Of a stretch of 64,000 bases of DNA, positions 1 through 9,670 are shown piece after piece (within the stretch, counting starts at the first letter, position 1; every line of letters starts with the position of its first letter). The translations under genes were made by a program, and so were the position numbers. The stretch comes from Myxococcota bacterium (GTDB taxonomy: Bacteria > Myxococcota_A > UBA796 > UBA2385). The notes beneath the pieces were generated by a model. It made no database searches, had not been told where the DNA came from, and was given only the letters and a program-made list of their open reading frames with translations. The DNA is taken from assembly GCA_044344255.1 (NCBI GenBank), contig JBIJDH010000010.1, forward strand, positions 190,293 to 254,292, given 5' to 3'.

Positions 1-79
1 TTCTACACAGAATCCTGCGCCGGGACAGCTCCCGCCGGTCTGCACGGCCGCCACGGGGCCGTCCGGCGAGGCCCGGGGC

Positions 80-697
80 TCAGGCCCCGCCGCCGTACTC
101 TTCGTCGTAGTCGGCCCGCGCCGCCTCGATCACCGCCTGCGCCGCGGCCGAGCCCGCCATGGTGGCGATGGTGACCTGGTTCTCCACGCCCGGCACGAGC
201 TTGTAGGTGAGGAAGTAGTGGCGGAGCCGCTCGACGAGCAGCTCGGGGAGGTCTTCGAGCTCGTTGACGCCGGACCAGTAGGGGTCGTTGTGCAGCACGG
301 CCACGATCTTGTCGTCGGCCTCGCCCTTGTCGACCATCCGCAGCACGCCCACCACGCGGGCGGTGAGGATCACCTCCGAGCGGTTGATCGGGCGCTCGCT
401 GAAGACGCAGATGTCGAGCGGGTCCTTGTCGCCGAAGCTCGCGCCGGGGGCGAGGGCGCCCACGCGGGGGCCGCACCAGGTGCGCGGGATGAAGCCGTAG
501 AGGGCGGGGGGCAGGGCGTTGGTGCGCTGCGGGCGGTCTACCCGCAGGTAGCCCGTCTCCTTGTCGACCTCGTACTTCACAGGGTCAGACGGGGTGATCT
601 CGATGTAGGCGTCCACCACGCGCGGCGCGTCTGGGCCGGCGGAGAGCCCGTGCCAGGGGTGCGGGCGCCAACGGTAGAAGGGCTTGGGGAAGGACAG
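80..697 (-). CDS. ppa: Family I inorganic pyrophosphatase
   Basis: [14 protein letters not shown]...VDR, YGFIPRT, DKDPLD and [10 protein letters not shown] motifs. Start placed at in-frame CTG (695-697), 6 nt after a GGAGG Shine-Dalgarno. Confidence 0.92.
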   Translation of the reverse strand: MSFPKPFYRWRPHPWHGLSAGPDAPRVVDAYIEITPSDPVKYEVDKETGYLRVDRPQRTNALPPALYGFIPRTWCGPRVGALAPGASFGDKDPLDICVFSERPINRSEVILTARVVGVLRMVDKGEADDKIVAVLHNDPYWSGVNELEDLPELLVERLRHYFLTYKLVPGVENQVTIATMAGSAAAQAVIEAARADYDEEYGGGA

Positions 698-795
698 GGG
701 ACACCTCCGGGGCCGCCCGCTAACCCGCCCGCTCGGCGAGGGGCGCCTGCGCCACGTCGGTCCCGGTGGGGTATCTGGGACCACCGGAGCCCCGC

Positions 796-1833
796 ATGGC
801 CAACCTCGGCTACCTCCAGCTCACCCGAAATTGTTACCAGCGGTGCCGCTTCTGCTCGAACCCGCCCACGGGGGTGGACTTGAGCGAGGAGGAGATGCGC
901 GCCCTCATCGATGATCTCGTGGTCATGGGCTACGACGGCGTGATCCTCACCGGCGGCGAGCCCACGCTCTCCCCCCTGCTCTTCCCGGCCCTGCGCTACG
1001 CCGCCGAGCGCGGCCTCTACAGCCGGATGATCACCAACGGCCAGCTCCTCGCCGACAAGGCCTTCTTCCGCCGCTGCGTCGAGGCCGGCCTCACCCACAT
1101 CCACGCCAGCCTGCACAGCTACCGGCCCGAGGTGCACGACTTCATCACGAAGTACCCCGACGCCTGGCGCACGTTGACCACGGCCCTCGGCCACGTGCCC
1201 GAGCTCGGCATCACGAGCGACATCAACACGGTCATCAACGTCTACAACGCCGACCACCTCCACGAGACCGTGATGTGGATCTGCGACCGCTTCCCCTTCA
1301 TCCGGCACTTCGTCTGGAACAACATGGACCCGGACGGCAACCGCGCCGAAGAGAACCCGGACTGCATCCCCCGCCACGACGAGTTCATGGTCAGCCTCGA
1401 GCTGGCGATGGAGTACCTCCACCAGACCGGCCGCAGCTTCCGCGCCGAGCGGGTGCCCCTCTGCTACATGCGGCGCTTCGCCTGGGCCTCCACCGAGACG
1501 CGAAAGATCGTCAAGGAGGAGGAGCGCTGCATCCGCTTCCTCGACCAGAAGGGCTTCGTCCACCAGACCGAGTTCCTGCACGGCAAGGGCGCGGCCTGCG
1601 ACGTCTGCCGCTGGGACCCCATCTGCGCCGGCATGTACTCGATGGCCAAGACCTACGACGAGCGGGAGCTCTCCCCCCTCTTCGAAGACCCGCTGCCCGT
1701 CATCACCGCCGTCCTCGGCCACGCCCCCGAGCCCGCGCTCGTCGAGCGCATCCTCCAGCGCCGCGGGCGCCGCTCCCCCACCGAGCAGCCGAGCCTGGAG
1801 CAGCGCGCCGCCCGGCGGGAGGTCCCGCTCTGA
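796..1833 (+). CDS. Radical SAM protein with C-terminal Cys cluster (HxsC-like/SPASM-twitch type)
   Basis: CYQRCRFC motif, LTGGEPT, ITNG, and C-terminal CDVC...C; GC3-rich codons. Confidence 0.85.
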   Translation: MANLGYLQLTRNCYQRCRFCSNPPTGVDLSEEEMRALIDDLVVMGYDGVILTGGEPTLSPLLFPALRYAAERGLYSRMITNGQLLADKAFFRRCVEAGLTHIHASLHSYRPEVHDFITKYPDAWRTLTTALGHVPELGITSDINTVINVYNADHLHETVMWICDRFPFIRHFVWNNMDPDGNRAEENPDCIPRHDEFMVSLELAMEYLHQTGRSFRAERVPLCYMRRFAWASTETRKIVKEEERCIRFLDQKGFVHQTEFLHGKGAACDVCRWDPICAGMYSMAKTYDERELSPLFEDPLPVITAVLGHAPEPALVERILQRRGRRSPTEQPSLEQRAARREVPL

Positions 1834-1841
1834 GCGGGCGC

Positions 1842-2321
1842 TCAGCGCGCGACCTCCTCGTCCTTGGCCTCCACCACCTCCGCCTTGGAGCGCCCGTTGT
1901 TCTGGAAGAGCGGCTCGAGCTCCCGCAGGATCACCGCGTACCGCTGGTTGCGGCGGCCCGTCGTCTGCGCGCCCGCGTAGAGGTCCAGGCAGCTCTGCCA
2001 CAGCGCCGAGGTGGCCTCGAGGTTCACGTCCTCCACGCGGCGGAGCAGCACCGTGAGCGCCATGACCAGCGGCCGGGCCGCCTCCATGCGGGCGCGGTTC
2101 TCGATGAGGGAGGCGGTGTCCACGCCGACGAAAGCGACGAGCTCGGGCTGACGCTCCGCCTCGCTCAGGATGCTGGCGGAGCGGTCAAAGAAGCCGCCGC
2201 GGGCCTTCGCGAGGCCGCGCCGTTCGGCCTCGGTCAGGCCGGGGTGGACCGTGACCAGGAGGTCGTTGAGGGCCTGTACCTGAACGAGGGACTCGGTGAG
2301 CAGGGTGGTGATGTCGGACAT
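1842..2321 (-). CDS. Hypothetical helical protein (159 aa)
   Basis: Clean ORF with ATG after GGAG and genome-like codon usage; LTEAERRGL...LY pattern of a widespread uncharacterised family (recognition only). Confidence 0.75.
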   Translation of the reverse strand: MSDITTLLTESLVQVQALNDLLVTVHPGLTEAERRGLAKARGGFFDRSASILSEAERQPELVAFVGVDTASLIENRARMEAARPLVMALTVLLRRVEDVNLEATSALWQSCLDLYAGAQTTGRRNQRYAVILRELEPLFQNNGRSKAEVVEAKDEEVAR

Positions 2322-2614
2322 GGTGCGGTCTCCATCGCGCGCTCGGCCGAAGAGTCGGCCACCGGCGCGCCTGACCCTTCAGCAAGGCCCGTGCCCACGG
2401 AAATCCGGGTACTTACGAGGCGGTGACCGACCAAGTCTTGGACAACACCCGTCAGCGACTACTCGCCCTCTCGCAGCAAAGGCTTATCCGAGGCCGCGTC
2501 TCGCGAGATTGGCAGGGGTGACCAACGGGTGCCGGACTTCCGTCACCTTCGGCACCCCCCTTCGAGGCCGGGCGACCGCAGGGAGCGGCCGATCGGCTCC
2601 GAGGGCAAAGACCG

Positions 2615-2782
2615 GCTCGACGGACCAACCCGGTCGCTCCAACGCGGAGGCGGGCGGCTCGATCGAGGGGGTGAATTGCTCCCCCGAGCAGCACGGTCGC
2701 TCGATCGAGAGGGCGAATTGCTCGGTCGAGCCGCACGGTCGCTCGATCGAGAGGGTGAATTGCTCCGTCGGGCGGTGGGGGG
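2615..2782. repeat. Degenerate 21-bp tandem array with 42-bp higher-order period
   Basis: GCTC recurs at 2615, 2636, 2657, 2678, 2699, 2720, 2741, 2762; units such as gctcgatcgagagggtgaatt alternate with gctc....gagc.gcacggtc. Confidence 0.85.
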
Positions 2783-3550
2783 CGGCGCGCTGGGGAGAGA
2801 AGGCGCGAGGGCGACGTCAACACCTTGTGTCGGGTCGGCTGTGCGTGCGTGGAGGCGTTCGACCGCCGACGCCCTCCGAAGGCGGAGCTTCGCCTGGCCC
2901 AAGCCCCTCGACCAACACCGCCTCTTACCTCCCGGAAGGGCCCCTACCCTTCATCACCGCCGCGTCCAGCCATGCCGCCACTCCCGCGCCCGTCAGGTGT
3001 GGCTCCGGCTCCAACGGCGCCGCTCCACGACGAGCAGCCGCACCCGCAACGAGCGCTCCGCCCACCAGCAACTCGACCCTCGGCCAGCAGCGTACTGAAC
3101 GTACCCGCCCAATCAAAACAAATACAACAAAAACTTACTGTTATCCAATGCAGATCAAATCAACAATACAACTTCCACGAATCTCTTTCGTCGACCGCAT
3201 GGTCCAACGAAGCTGGTCGTGTGTGCGCAACTAACCGCAACGTACCCCACCGCCGACTCTCCGTCCTCCGGACTCTTGATATCTGAGTCCAGGTGAATCC
3301 AACTCCACCGACCTGCAAGTGGAACCACAGGGGCGCCCCAGGGTTGGGTCGATGCGGGTCGGAGCGGTGCTCACGCGCAAAGAAGCTGGGGGCGGAAAGG
3401 CGCCGCGGCCTACCCCGCCCCTTCCGGTGTGCTTCGTACACCACCTGGGGCAGGCGTGCACTTTGTCGGTGGCCCGTTACCTGTCGGCCGGGTAACCGCC
3501 AGTCTCGCCCCTGGGAGTCTGACCTGCCAACCCCTGCCTCAACTCACGAC

Positions 3551-3766
3551 GGGACCGCCGCAATACATGCTCGTCCCGAACGCAGGGGCCCCCCGCAGGC
3601 GAAGTACGCCGCGACCCTTGGCTTCTCGGTTCGTCACATTTCGACGTGGGTATGCGGAGAGAACAAGCTTTCTGCTCCGCACCCGCGCGCATTGAAGCAC
3701 ATGGGCAACGAGATCGGGTGTTTGGTCTCTGAAAGTGCGGCGGCCGCCGTTAGGGGGAGGTCGTGA
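3551..3766 (+). pseudogene. Decayed XRE/Cro-type HTH regulator (possible controller protein)
   Basis: PQAKYAATLGFSVRHISTWVCGENK resembles an HTH_3 recognition helix; Pro substitutions in helix 1 and no convincing start. Confidence 0.5.
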
Positions 3767-3828
3767 TGCCGGAGGTGCGGCGGAGCACCAACCCCGGGTG
3801 CGCGGATTGTGGCGTCAGCAACAGTCCG

Positions 3829-4380
3829 ATGTCCGGAAGTGAAAACGAAGCCGAGTTGATTCTCAGGAAGCTGGCCCGGCTGCGCTCAGGTGCTCCTCCT
3901 CGGTACATGGACCTCTTCTCGGGTTGCGGGGGCATCTCACTCGGCTTCCTGACAGCGGGGTTCGCGCCCGTCGCCTCCGTGGAGGTGGACGGGTGGGCAG
4001 CGTTGTCGCACGGGGCGAACTTCGGAGCCCGCTGCGAAGGTGGAGACCATCCAGGCCACCATGTCGCCCGGGACGCCGTGAATGAGGACCCCGAGTCCAT
4101 GTTCGCCGAACTGGGTCTCGCCGGCCCAGTGGACCAGCAGGTCGACGTGCTGGTCGGCGGACCACCGTGTCAGGCCTTTGCCCGGGTCGGGCGAGCCAAG
4201 CTGCGGGAGCAGGCCCATCGCCGCGAAGAGGTGACCGCCGATCAGGCGTTCCCCTTCCCGAGGCTGCCGGACGACTATGTACCGCCGCGGGGCGTCACAG
4301 CGATTCGTTACGCTGTTGACGTGTCAGCTCTCCCGACGCTGTCCACCGACAAGGTCACCAGCCTCGTCTGCGGGCATTGA
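3829..4380 (+). pseudogene. Truncated DNA (cytosine-5) methyltransferase
   Basis: Motif I (DLFSGCGG) and motif IV (GGPPCQAF) present; motifs VI (ENV), VIII (QxRxR), IX and X absent before the stop. Confidence 0.85.
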
Positions 4381-4390
4381 ATTTTCCATC

Positions 4391-4432
4391 GTCCCAGGTC
4401 CCAGGTCCCAGGTGCCAAGTGCCAGGTACCGG
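4391..4432. repeat. Heptamer tandem repeat (gtcccag)x3 + gtgccaa + gtgccag + gtaccgg
   Basis: Read directly from sequence. Confidence 0.85.
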
Positions 4433-4491
4433 AGTTGAATCGCGCCGGCCGGGCCATGAACCCTGAAAGGCGGGCCCCGCCCCCCCCCCGC

Positions 4492-4749
4492 TCAGGCGGG
4501 GCCGCCACGCTGCCAGACCGGCACGTCGGCGGGGCGGCCGGCCTCCGCCTGCTCGGCCGCGCTGTAGGGGCAGTGCCGGCAGCCGGCCCCACAGCAGTAG
4601 CCGCGCGCCTTCAGGTAGTGAGCGGTGAGGACGAGCAGGCCGGTGGAGGGGTCGACGTAGCCGGTCTGGCCGCGGGCGCTGGCGGAGTCGTGGACGCGGA
4701 GGACCCGATCGAGGAGCGCAGGGTCAGGCAAGGGCTTCGGCGGCTTCAT
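4492..4749 (-). CDS. DUF5522-like small Cys-rich protein
   Basis: YVDPSTG...RGYCCGAGCRHCPY signature. Confidence 0.85.
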   Translation of the reverse strand: MKPPKPLPDPALLDRVLRVHDSASARGQTGYVDPSTGLLVLTAHYLKARGYCCGAGCRHCPYSAAEQAEAGRPADVPVWQRGGPA

Positions 4750-5387
4750 CCGCTCCGGCTAACCCCGACCGAGGCGACAGCCTCCCCCGAGACGACCGCG
4801 GGCGCTTCCGGGGTCGGCAACACCCCGCGGTAGATCTGGTCCACCTCGATCTCCACGCCCAAGTGCGGCAGGCGGACCATCATCCCGGGCCCGTAGCTGT
4901 TGTAGAGCCAGCCCTCTCCGGAGCGAGTGAAGACCTCGACACAGGCCAGTCGCAGAGAGACCAGCACGTAGGTGTGGAGGGACACGATCTGCTGGTAGAT
5001 CCTGAACTTCTCGCCGCGATCGAAGAGCTCCGTCGAGGGGGAGAGCACCTCGACGATCAGGCTCGGGTTGAGGATGCCCCGCTCATCCCCCTCGGTGTAC
5101 TCCGGCGCCCCGCAGATCACGCTGGCGTCGGGGTGGAGGCCGCGGCGCGTGGCCAGGACGGCGACGAGGAGGCTGGAATCGTAGACCTCGCAGGGTCTCC
5201 CCTCGAGGGCGACGGACAGTCGGGTGACCCACCGCCCCGCCAACAGCGCGTGGGCGGGCGTGGCCCCCGCCATCGCCATGAGCTCGCCGTCATGGAACTC
5301 ATAGCGCCCCTCGCTCCCGCCATCTGGATCGTGATCGAGGTCGAGGAACTCATCCCAGGTGACGGGCTTCTGCGGACGGGGACCCAT
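4746..5387 (-). CDS. Uma2 family endonuclease-fold protein
   Basis: RYEFHDG..AMAG..H, PDASVIC, IVEVLSPST..DRGEK...Y motifs; stop overlaps start of next gene. Confidence 0.9.
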   Translation of the reverse strand: MGPRPQKPVTWDEFLDLDHDPDGGSEGRYEFHDGELMAMAGATPAHALLAGRWVTRLSVALEGRPCEVYDSSLLVAVLATRRGLHPDASVICGAPEYTEGDERGILNPSLIVEVLSPSTELFDRGEKFRIYQQIVSLHTYVLVSLRLACVEVFTRSGEGWLYNSYGPGMMVRLPHLGVEIEVDQIYRGVLPTPEAPAVVSGEAVASVGVSRSG

Positions 5388-5505
5388 GATCACCCCAACC
5401 CCCAAGATCACATCGGTCCAAGAGCTACGCCCACCCGCGTCGCCCGGCAAGCGCCGTCACCGTCGGGGCGGGCCGCTCGCCGGGCGACCATCGGCGCCCG
5501 GAGGC

Positions 5506-7590
5506 TTAGTCCGGGTCGCAGACGCCGTCGCAGGGCATGGTGATGAAGCCGTCCGGCTGCAGGAAGTCGGCGGTCATCTGGATCGCGGCGGCGTTGCTGA
5601 TGATGTTGCCGTGCCCGCCGTCGTCGGTCTCGGGCGGCTCGTTGCCCTCGGGCACGGCGCGGTCGCCGAGGTCCATGAAGACGAGGCCGCTGCCGTCGTA
5701 GGGCGCCGTGACGGTGTCGAAGCCCCAGGGGCTGCGGGCGGTGCCCTCGATGAGCGGCACCCCCATCGACCGCATGGCCAGATCGGTCGAGAGGTTCGGC
5801 ACCTGGGCGTCGTTGACCACCGAGATGCTGAGGATCTTCTTCGGACCGATGTCATCGAAGCCCTCGGTCGTGTACGACATGTAGCCGACCGGGTCGGTCG
5901 ACTCCCAGAGGTGCTTGGCCATGCTGAGCAGCAGGATCTGGTCGAGGCGGCGCGGGATCGCCGACTCGAAGATGGGGAGGAAGGGCACGTACTGCGTGCT
6001 CCGCTCCATCATGAAGGGGAAGTCGGCGCCGTTGACGAGCACCACCCCGCGCTCCATGTCGGGGGAGAGGGTGAGCAGGGTGGTGCCGTAGATCCCCCCC
6101 TCCGAGCCGCCCACGTAGGTGAGGTTGGTGGGATCGACCACCGAGACACTGTCTACGGTCACCTCGGGGATGTTGGCGCAGACCCCCGCGAGGGTGCGGG
6201 TCATCGCGATGTTGTTGATCATCCCCTGCTGGAGTCGCTCGGTGATGGTGGGGAAGTCCGAGGGGTTGAGCAGGGCGGCGGCCACGAAGGGCACGTCCTC
6301 GGCGGTCATCCCGGCCCAGTTCGTGGTGATCCAGTTCGCGGGGTGGGCCTCGATGTGAGCGCGCAGCACCTCGCTCGACACATAGTCGCGACCAGTGCCG
6401 AAGAGCCCGTGCCCGAAGGTGATGAGCCCGCCGGCCTTCGGCCCACCCTCGGCGAGGGCGAGCGAGCGGGGGATCACCATCGTGAAGTCGACCTCGACGT
6501 CCTCCTTGTAGAGGGGCTCGCCGTCGGCGTCGCGGTGCATGCGGGTGGGCGGGGTCGGGCTCTCCATGTAGGAGGGCACCGTGACCGTGCCGATGATGCG
6601 CCGGTAGCTGGTGACGCTCGTGCCCTCGCCGTAGTTGTCCTCTACGGAGGTGACCGTGCAGCCGATGCCGCTCGGGCCGAGGCGGGCGAGGGCGTCTGCT
6701 CGCATGGCGAGGATGTCGTGGTGGATCGTCTCCTCGGAGGCGGTGTGGAACCACCAGGCGAGGGTGAGGCCGGCCCGCTCGACGCCTGCGGCCTCGAGGG
6801 CCTCGAACATGTCCTCGTAGCTGGGGCGCCGGCCCTCGAGCTCATCGGAGTCGGTGAGCTGGCCGTCGCGCAGGGCGGCGAAGGCCGGGGAGGCCTCGAT
6901 CGCGGCGCCGTCGAGGTCAGTCAGGCCGCGGAAGGCCACGGCGTAGCGGTGGTTCGGCTCGAGGCGCCGCACGATGCGGAGGTAGACCATGGTCTCGTCC
7001 TCCGACGCCGCGTCGACGTCGAGCTCGAGCCAGTGCGGCAGGCGCTCCCCGGTGGTGAGGTCGAGCAGCACCACCGCGGCGTCGTCTTCGAGGGAGCGCT
7101 CGATCGTGGCGTGGCCTGCGATCCCCGAGAGGTCGGGCGGGCGGCTGAATGCGGTGAGGATCTGGGAGGCCGGGCTGAAGCCGTCGAGGCGCGCGTACGG
7201 CTCGAGGTCAAAGGGGGCCGAGCCCTCGGGGGAGGGCACGGTGTCGGCGTCGTACGCGAGGCGCCAGCCTGTCTCGGTGGTGGCGTCGGCCTGGAGCTGG
7301 CGGTCCGACGGCCAGGGCAGGAGGCAGTGGACCGGCGCCAGGGCGTCACAGCCGGGGGCGCTGTCGATGTGCAGCCGCTCGACGCCGGTGTCGCCGCCGT
7401 CGGCCCCGTCTGCGCCGTCGCCGCCGTCTGCGCCCTCGGCCCCGACCGCCGTGGACTGCGGGTTCGAGGGCGCCTCGCCGCCGCCGCAGCCGCCGAGGGC
7501 CAGCGGGAGGAGCAGCACGAGGGCGGGAGCGAGGGCGCGGCCCGGAGCGGAGCCAGGGCCGGCGAGGGACGGGCGGAGGGTGGTGCGCAT
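5506..7590 (-). CDS. Lipoprotein with Ig-like N-terminal region and alpha/beta-hydrolase (lipase-like) domain
   Basis: Lipobox LGGC; CLLPWPSD, DGFSP, FGHGLFG, GGSEGG nucleophile elbow, D-x-Q-V-P-N and C-terminal His. Confidence 0.75.
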   Translation of the reverse strand: MRTTLRPSLAGPGSAPGRALAPALVLLLPLALGGCGGGEAPSNPQSTAVGAEGADGGDGADGADGGDTGVERLHIDSAPGCDALAPVHCLLPWPSDRQLQADATTETGWRLAYDADTVPSPEGSAPFDLEPYARLDGFSPASQILTAFSRPPDLSGIAGHATIERSLEDDAAVVLLDLTTGERLPHWLELDVDAASEDETMVYLRIVRRLEPNHRYAVAFRGLTDLDGAAIEASPAFAALRDGQLTDSDELEGRRPSYEDMFEALEAAGVERAGLTLAWWFHTASEETIHHDILAMRADALARLGPSGIGCTVTSVEDNYGEGTSVTSYRRIIGTVTVPSYMESPTPPTRMHRDADGEPLYKEDVEVDFTMVIPRSLALAEGGPKAGGLITFGHGLFGTGRDYVSSEVLRAHIEAHPANWITTNWAGMTAEDVPFVAAALLNPSDFPTITERLQQGMINNIAMTRTLAGVCANIPEVTVDSVSVVDPTNLTYVGGSEGGIYGTTLLTLSPDMERGVVLVNGADFPFMMERSTQYVPFLPIFESAIPRRLDQILLLSMAKHLWESTDPVGYMSYTTEGFDDIGPKKILSISVVNDAQVPNLSTDLAMRSMGVPLIEGTARSPWGFDTVTAPYDGSGLVFMDLGDRAVPEGNEPPETDDGGHGNIISNAAAIQMTADFLQPDGFITMPCDGVCDPD

Positions 7591-7598
7591 GCCGCCCC

Positions 7599-8666
7599 CT
7601 ATTCGACTCCCGCGATCTCCGTGAAGGCCCGGCCCGTGATCGCGGCCTCCTCTCCTCTCGCGCCCACGACCGTGCCATGCACGTCGCAGGAGCCCTCCCA
7701 CCAGACGGGGAAGCTCTGAACGAGGGCGTCGGTGTCCTTCCGTTGGTCGAGCACGAGCGGCTCCACGCGCAGATCGAGCCCCCAGTCGGGGATCCGGACC
7801 CGCGAGCGTGGGTGATAGACGAGGCCCGGGCCGGCGACCCACGGCGGATCCACGTCGATGATGTGGACCTCGGCGGCGTCGTCGCGGTGTCGGCCGTCCG
7901 CGAAGACCCGCGCCGCGTACTGCTGAAGGGGGCGCCCGGCGTCGTCGCTGAAGCGGTAACAGAGGAGGTCGGTGCCGTCGGAGAGCCACATCGGCAGCAC
8001 CTTCCAGCGGTACCGCTCGAGGCGCGGGGCCCCCCACTGGTGGTCGAGCCAGCCGCGGCCGCGCACCCGCCGGGGCACACCGTCTACCTGAACAGTCCCC
8101 TCGGTGTCGAGGCGGGTCCAGGAGTACCAGGCCATCTCTTCGCGGTGGGCGTAGTCCATTACGCCGTCCTGGCCGAATTTTACGGCGGGGCGGGTGGCCT
8201 GGAGGTCGAGGTCGATGCCGCGCCCCTCCGCCGCCGCCCGCACCTGAAAGGCGCCGCCCGCCCCGCGCAGCAGCCAGTCGCCGCCGCCCCCGAGCCCGGG
8301 GCGCACGCGAAAAGAGAAGCCGCCGCTCGAGGCCACCACCGGGCTCGCCGGCGGGAAGACCTTCCGCTCCACCGCCGTGTATCGCTCGGTTCCCCCGTCG
8401 AGGAGGGCGAAGACGCTCGACCAGCCGGCCGAGCCGCCGGTCAGCGGGTTGCCGAGGCGGGCCACCGTGAGCTCGAAGCCGAAGCGCACCGGCGGCCCGG
8501 CGTCCACCGTGTCGACCTGGCCGATCAGGTACCACCACTCGAGCGGGAAGGCGTGCACGCCCTCATCGGCGGGGAGGCGCACCGGACGCAGGGGCTGGTG
8601 GGCCGGGCTCCGCTCCCAGAGCGCGTGCTGGGCGTCATAGAAGAGGCGGCGGCGGGCGCGGTTCAT
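7599..8666 (-). CDS. Lipocalin-like / CrtC-AttH family protein
   Basis: H...EWWY, WYSWTRL, GWLDHQWG and WWEG motifs. Confidence 0.85.
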   Translation of the reverse strand: MNRARRRLFYDAQHALWERSPAHQPLRPVRLPADEGVHAFPLEWWYLIGQVDTVDAGPPVRFGFELTVARLGNPLTGGSAGWSSVFALLDGGTERYTAVERKVFPPASPVVASSGGFSFRVRPGLGGGGDWLLRGAGGAFQVRAAAEGRGIDLDLQATRPAVKFGQDGVMDYAHREEMAWYSWTRLDTEGTVQVDGVPRRVRGRGWLDHQWGAPRLERYRWKVLPMWLSDGTDLLCYRFSDDAGRPLQQYAARVFADGRHRDDAAEVHIIDVDPPWVAGPGLVYHPRSRVRIPDWGLDLRVEPLVLDQRKDTDALVQSFPVWWEGSCDVHGTVVGARGEEAAITGRAFTEIAGVE

Positions 8667-8804
8667 GAGGGCCCCGTAGAGCCCTCAGGGCATACCCCTG
8701 GTCGAGGCCCGGTGCCACGTGGCCCCTCTCGGCGGGACGCCGGCTCCCAGGGCCCTGCGCGAGATCAGGTGGAAGCGCGGCGCCCGAGGGACTACCCTCT
8801 GCCG

Positions 8805-9647
8805 ATGAGCACCACCGTCCCCGTCCCGCCCCTCGGCACGCGCTTCCAGCTCGGGCCGGAGATCACCCCCGAGCAGCGCGCCTTCTTTGACCAGCACGGC
8901 TACCTGCACTTCTCCGGCGTGGCCTCCCGCGCCGAGCTCGACGCCCTCATCGGCGAGCTCGACCGCATCGAGGCCGAGTGGACCCAGGCCGGGCGCCGCT
9001 GGGTGAACGGGATCCCGCTCTTCATCGGGCGGATCGCCGGCCGGCCCTTCATCCACCGCTTCACCTTCACGAGCATGTTCTCCGACATCTTCAAGCGCTT
9101 CGTGCTCGACCCCCGCTTCGAGCCCATCCGCCGCATGGTGGGCGAGCAGGCGCGGGTGGGGCACGACGAGAAGGACGGCGTCGTGGTCAATCGGTACGTT
9201 CACGCGCCGGGCAGCGTCTATCACAAGCTCGGCTGGCACACCGACGGCCTGCGGGACCTCTTCTACGGCCGCATGCCGCAGCAGATGTTCAACGTCGGCC
9301 TGCACTTTGACCGTGTGTCCGCGGCCGACGGCGGTCTGCGCCTCATCCCCGGCACCCACCGCCAGGGCTTCTGGGCGATGGCCCTGTCCAAGCCCTATTT
9401 CTTCTATCATCGGGCAGACCCCGCCGAGATCACCGTCGAGACAGAGCCCGGTGACCTCACCGTCCACGACGGCCGCCTCTGGCACCGGGTCGGCCTGTCC
9501 AACAAGACAGGGATGGCCAGCCTCCGCCGCTCCATGTACGTGCCCTATCAGACGGGCCCCCACGAGCCCAAGCACGAGGGCAGCCCCACGCCCTTCTATC
9601 ACCACATCGGCCGGCTCTCGCGCTGGCTGCGCAGCCGCCTCGGCTGA
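8805..9647 (+). CDS. Phytanoyl-CoA dioxygenase (PhyH) family 2OG-Fe(II) oxygenase
   Basis: FFDQHGYL, WHTD, GGLRLIPGTH, PGDLTVHDGRLWH and R-x-S motifs. Confidence 0.88.
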   Translation: MSTTVPVPPLGTRFQLGPEITPEQRAFFDQHGYLHFSGVASRAELDALIGELDRIEAEWTQAGRRWVNGIPLFIGRIAGRPFIHRFTFTSMFSDIFKRFVLDPRFEPIRRMVGEQARVGHDEKDGVVVNRYVHAPGSVYHKLGWHTDGLRDLFYGRMPQQMFNVGLHFDRVSAADGGLRLIPGTHRQGFWAMALSKPYFFYHRADPAEITVETEPGDLTVHDGRLWHRVGLSNKTGMASLRRSMYVPYQTGPHEPKHEGSPTPFYHHIGRLSRWLRSRLG

Positions 9648-9670
9648 GCCGCGTGGTAGGCTCACCGCCC

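Noticed and set aside
2615..2782. Possible CRISPR array or repeat protein (ORFs 2296-3234, 2529-3098)
   Set aside because: No spacer structure; the ORFs are low-complexity with no codon bias or recognisable domain.
5359..7719. 786-aa plus-strand ORF and similar long antisense ORFs (e.g. 17245-19320, 38552-40462, 59891-61840)
   Set aside because: Mirror frames of well-supported genes on the opposite strand; no motifs.
7591..8538. N-terminal extension making the lipase-like gene 1010 aa (similar extensions for ORFs at 7677, 12850, 16600, 17080, 26767, 30252, 49372)
   Set aside because: Extensions overlap other genes or leaders and are Arg/Pro/Gly-rich noise; internal starts fit signal peptides and homology better.
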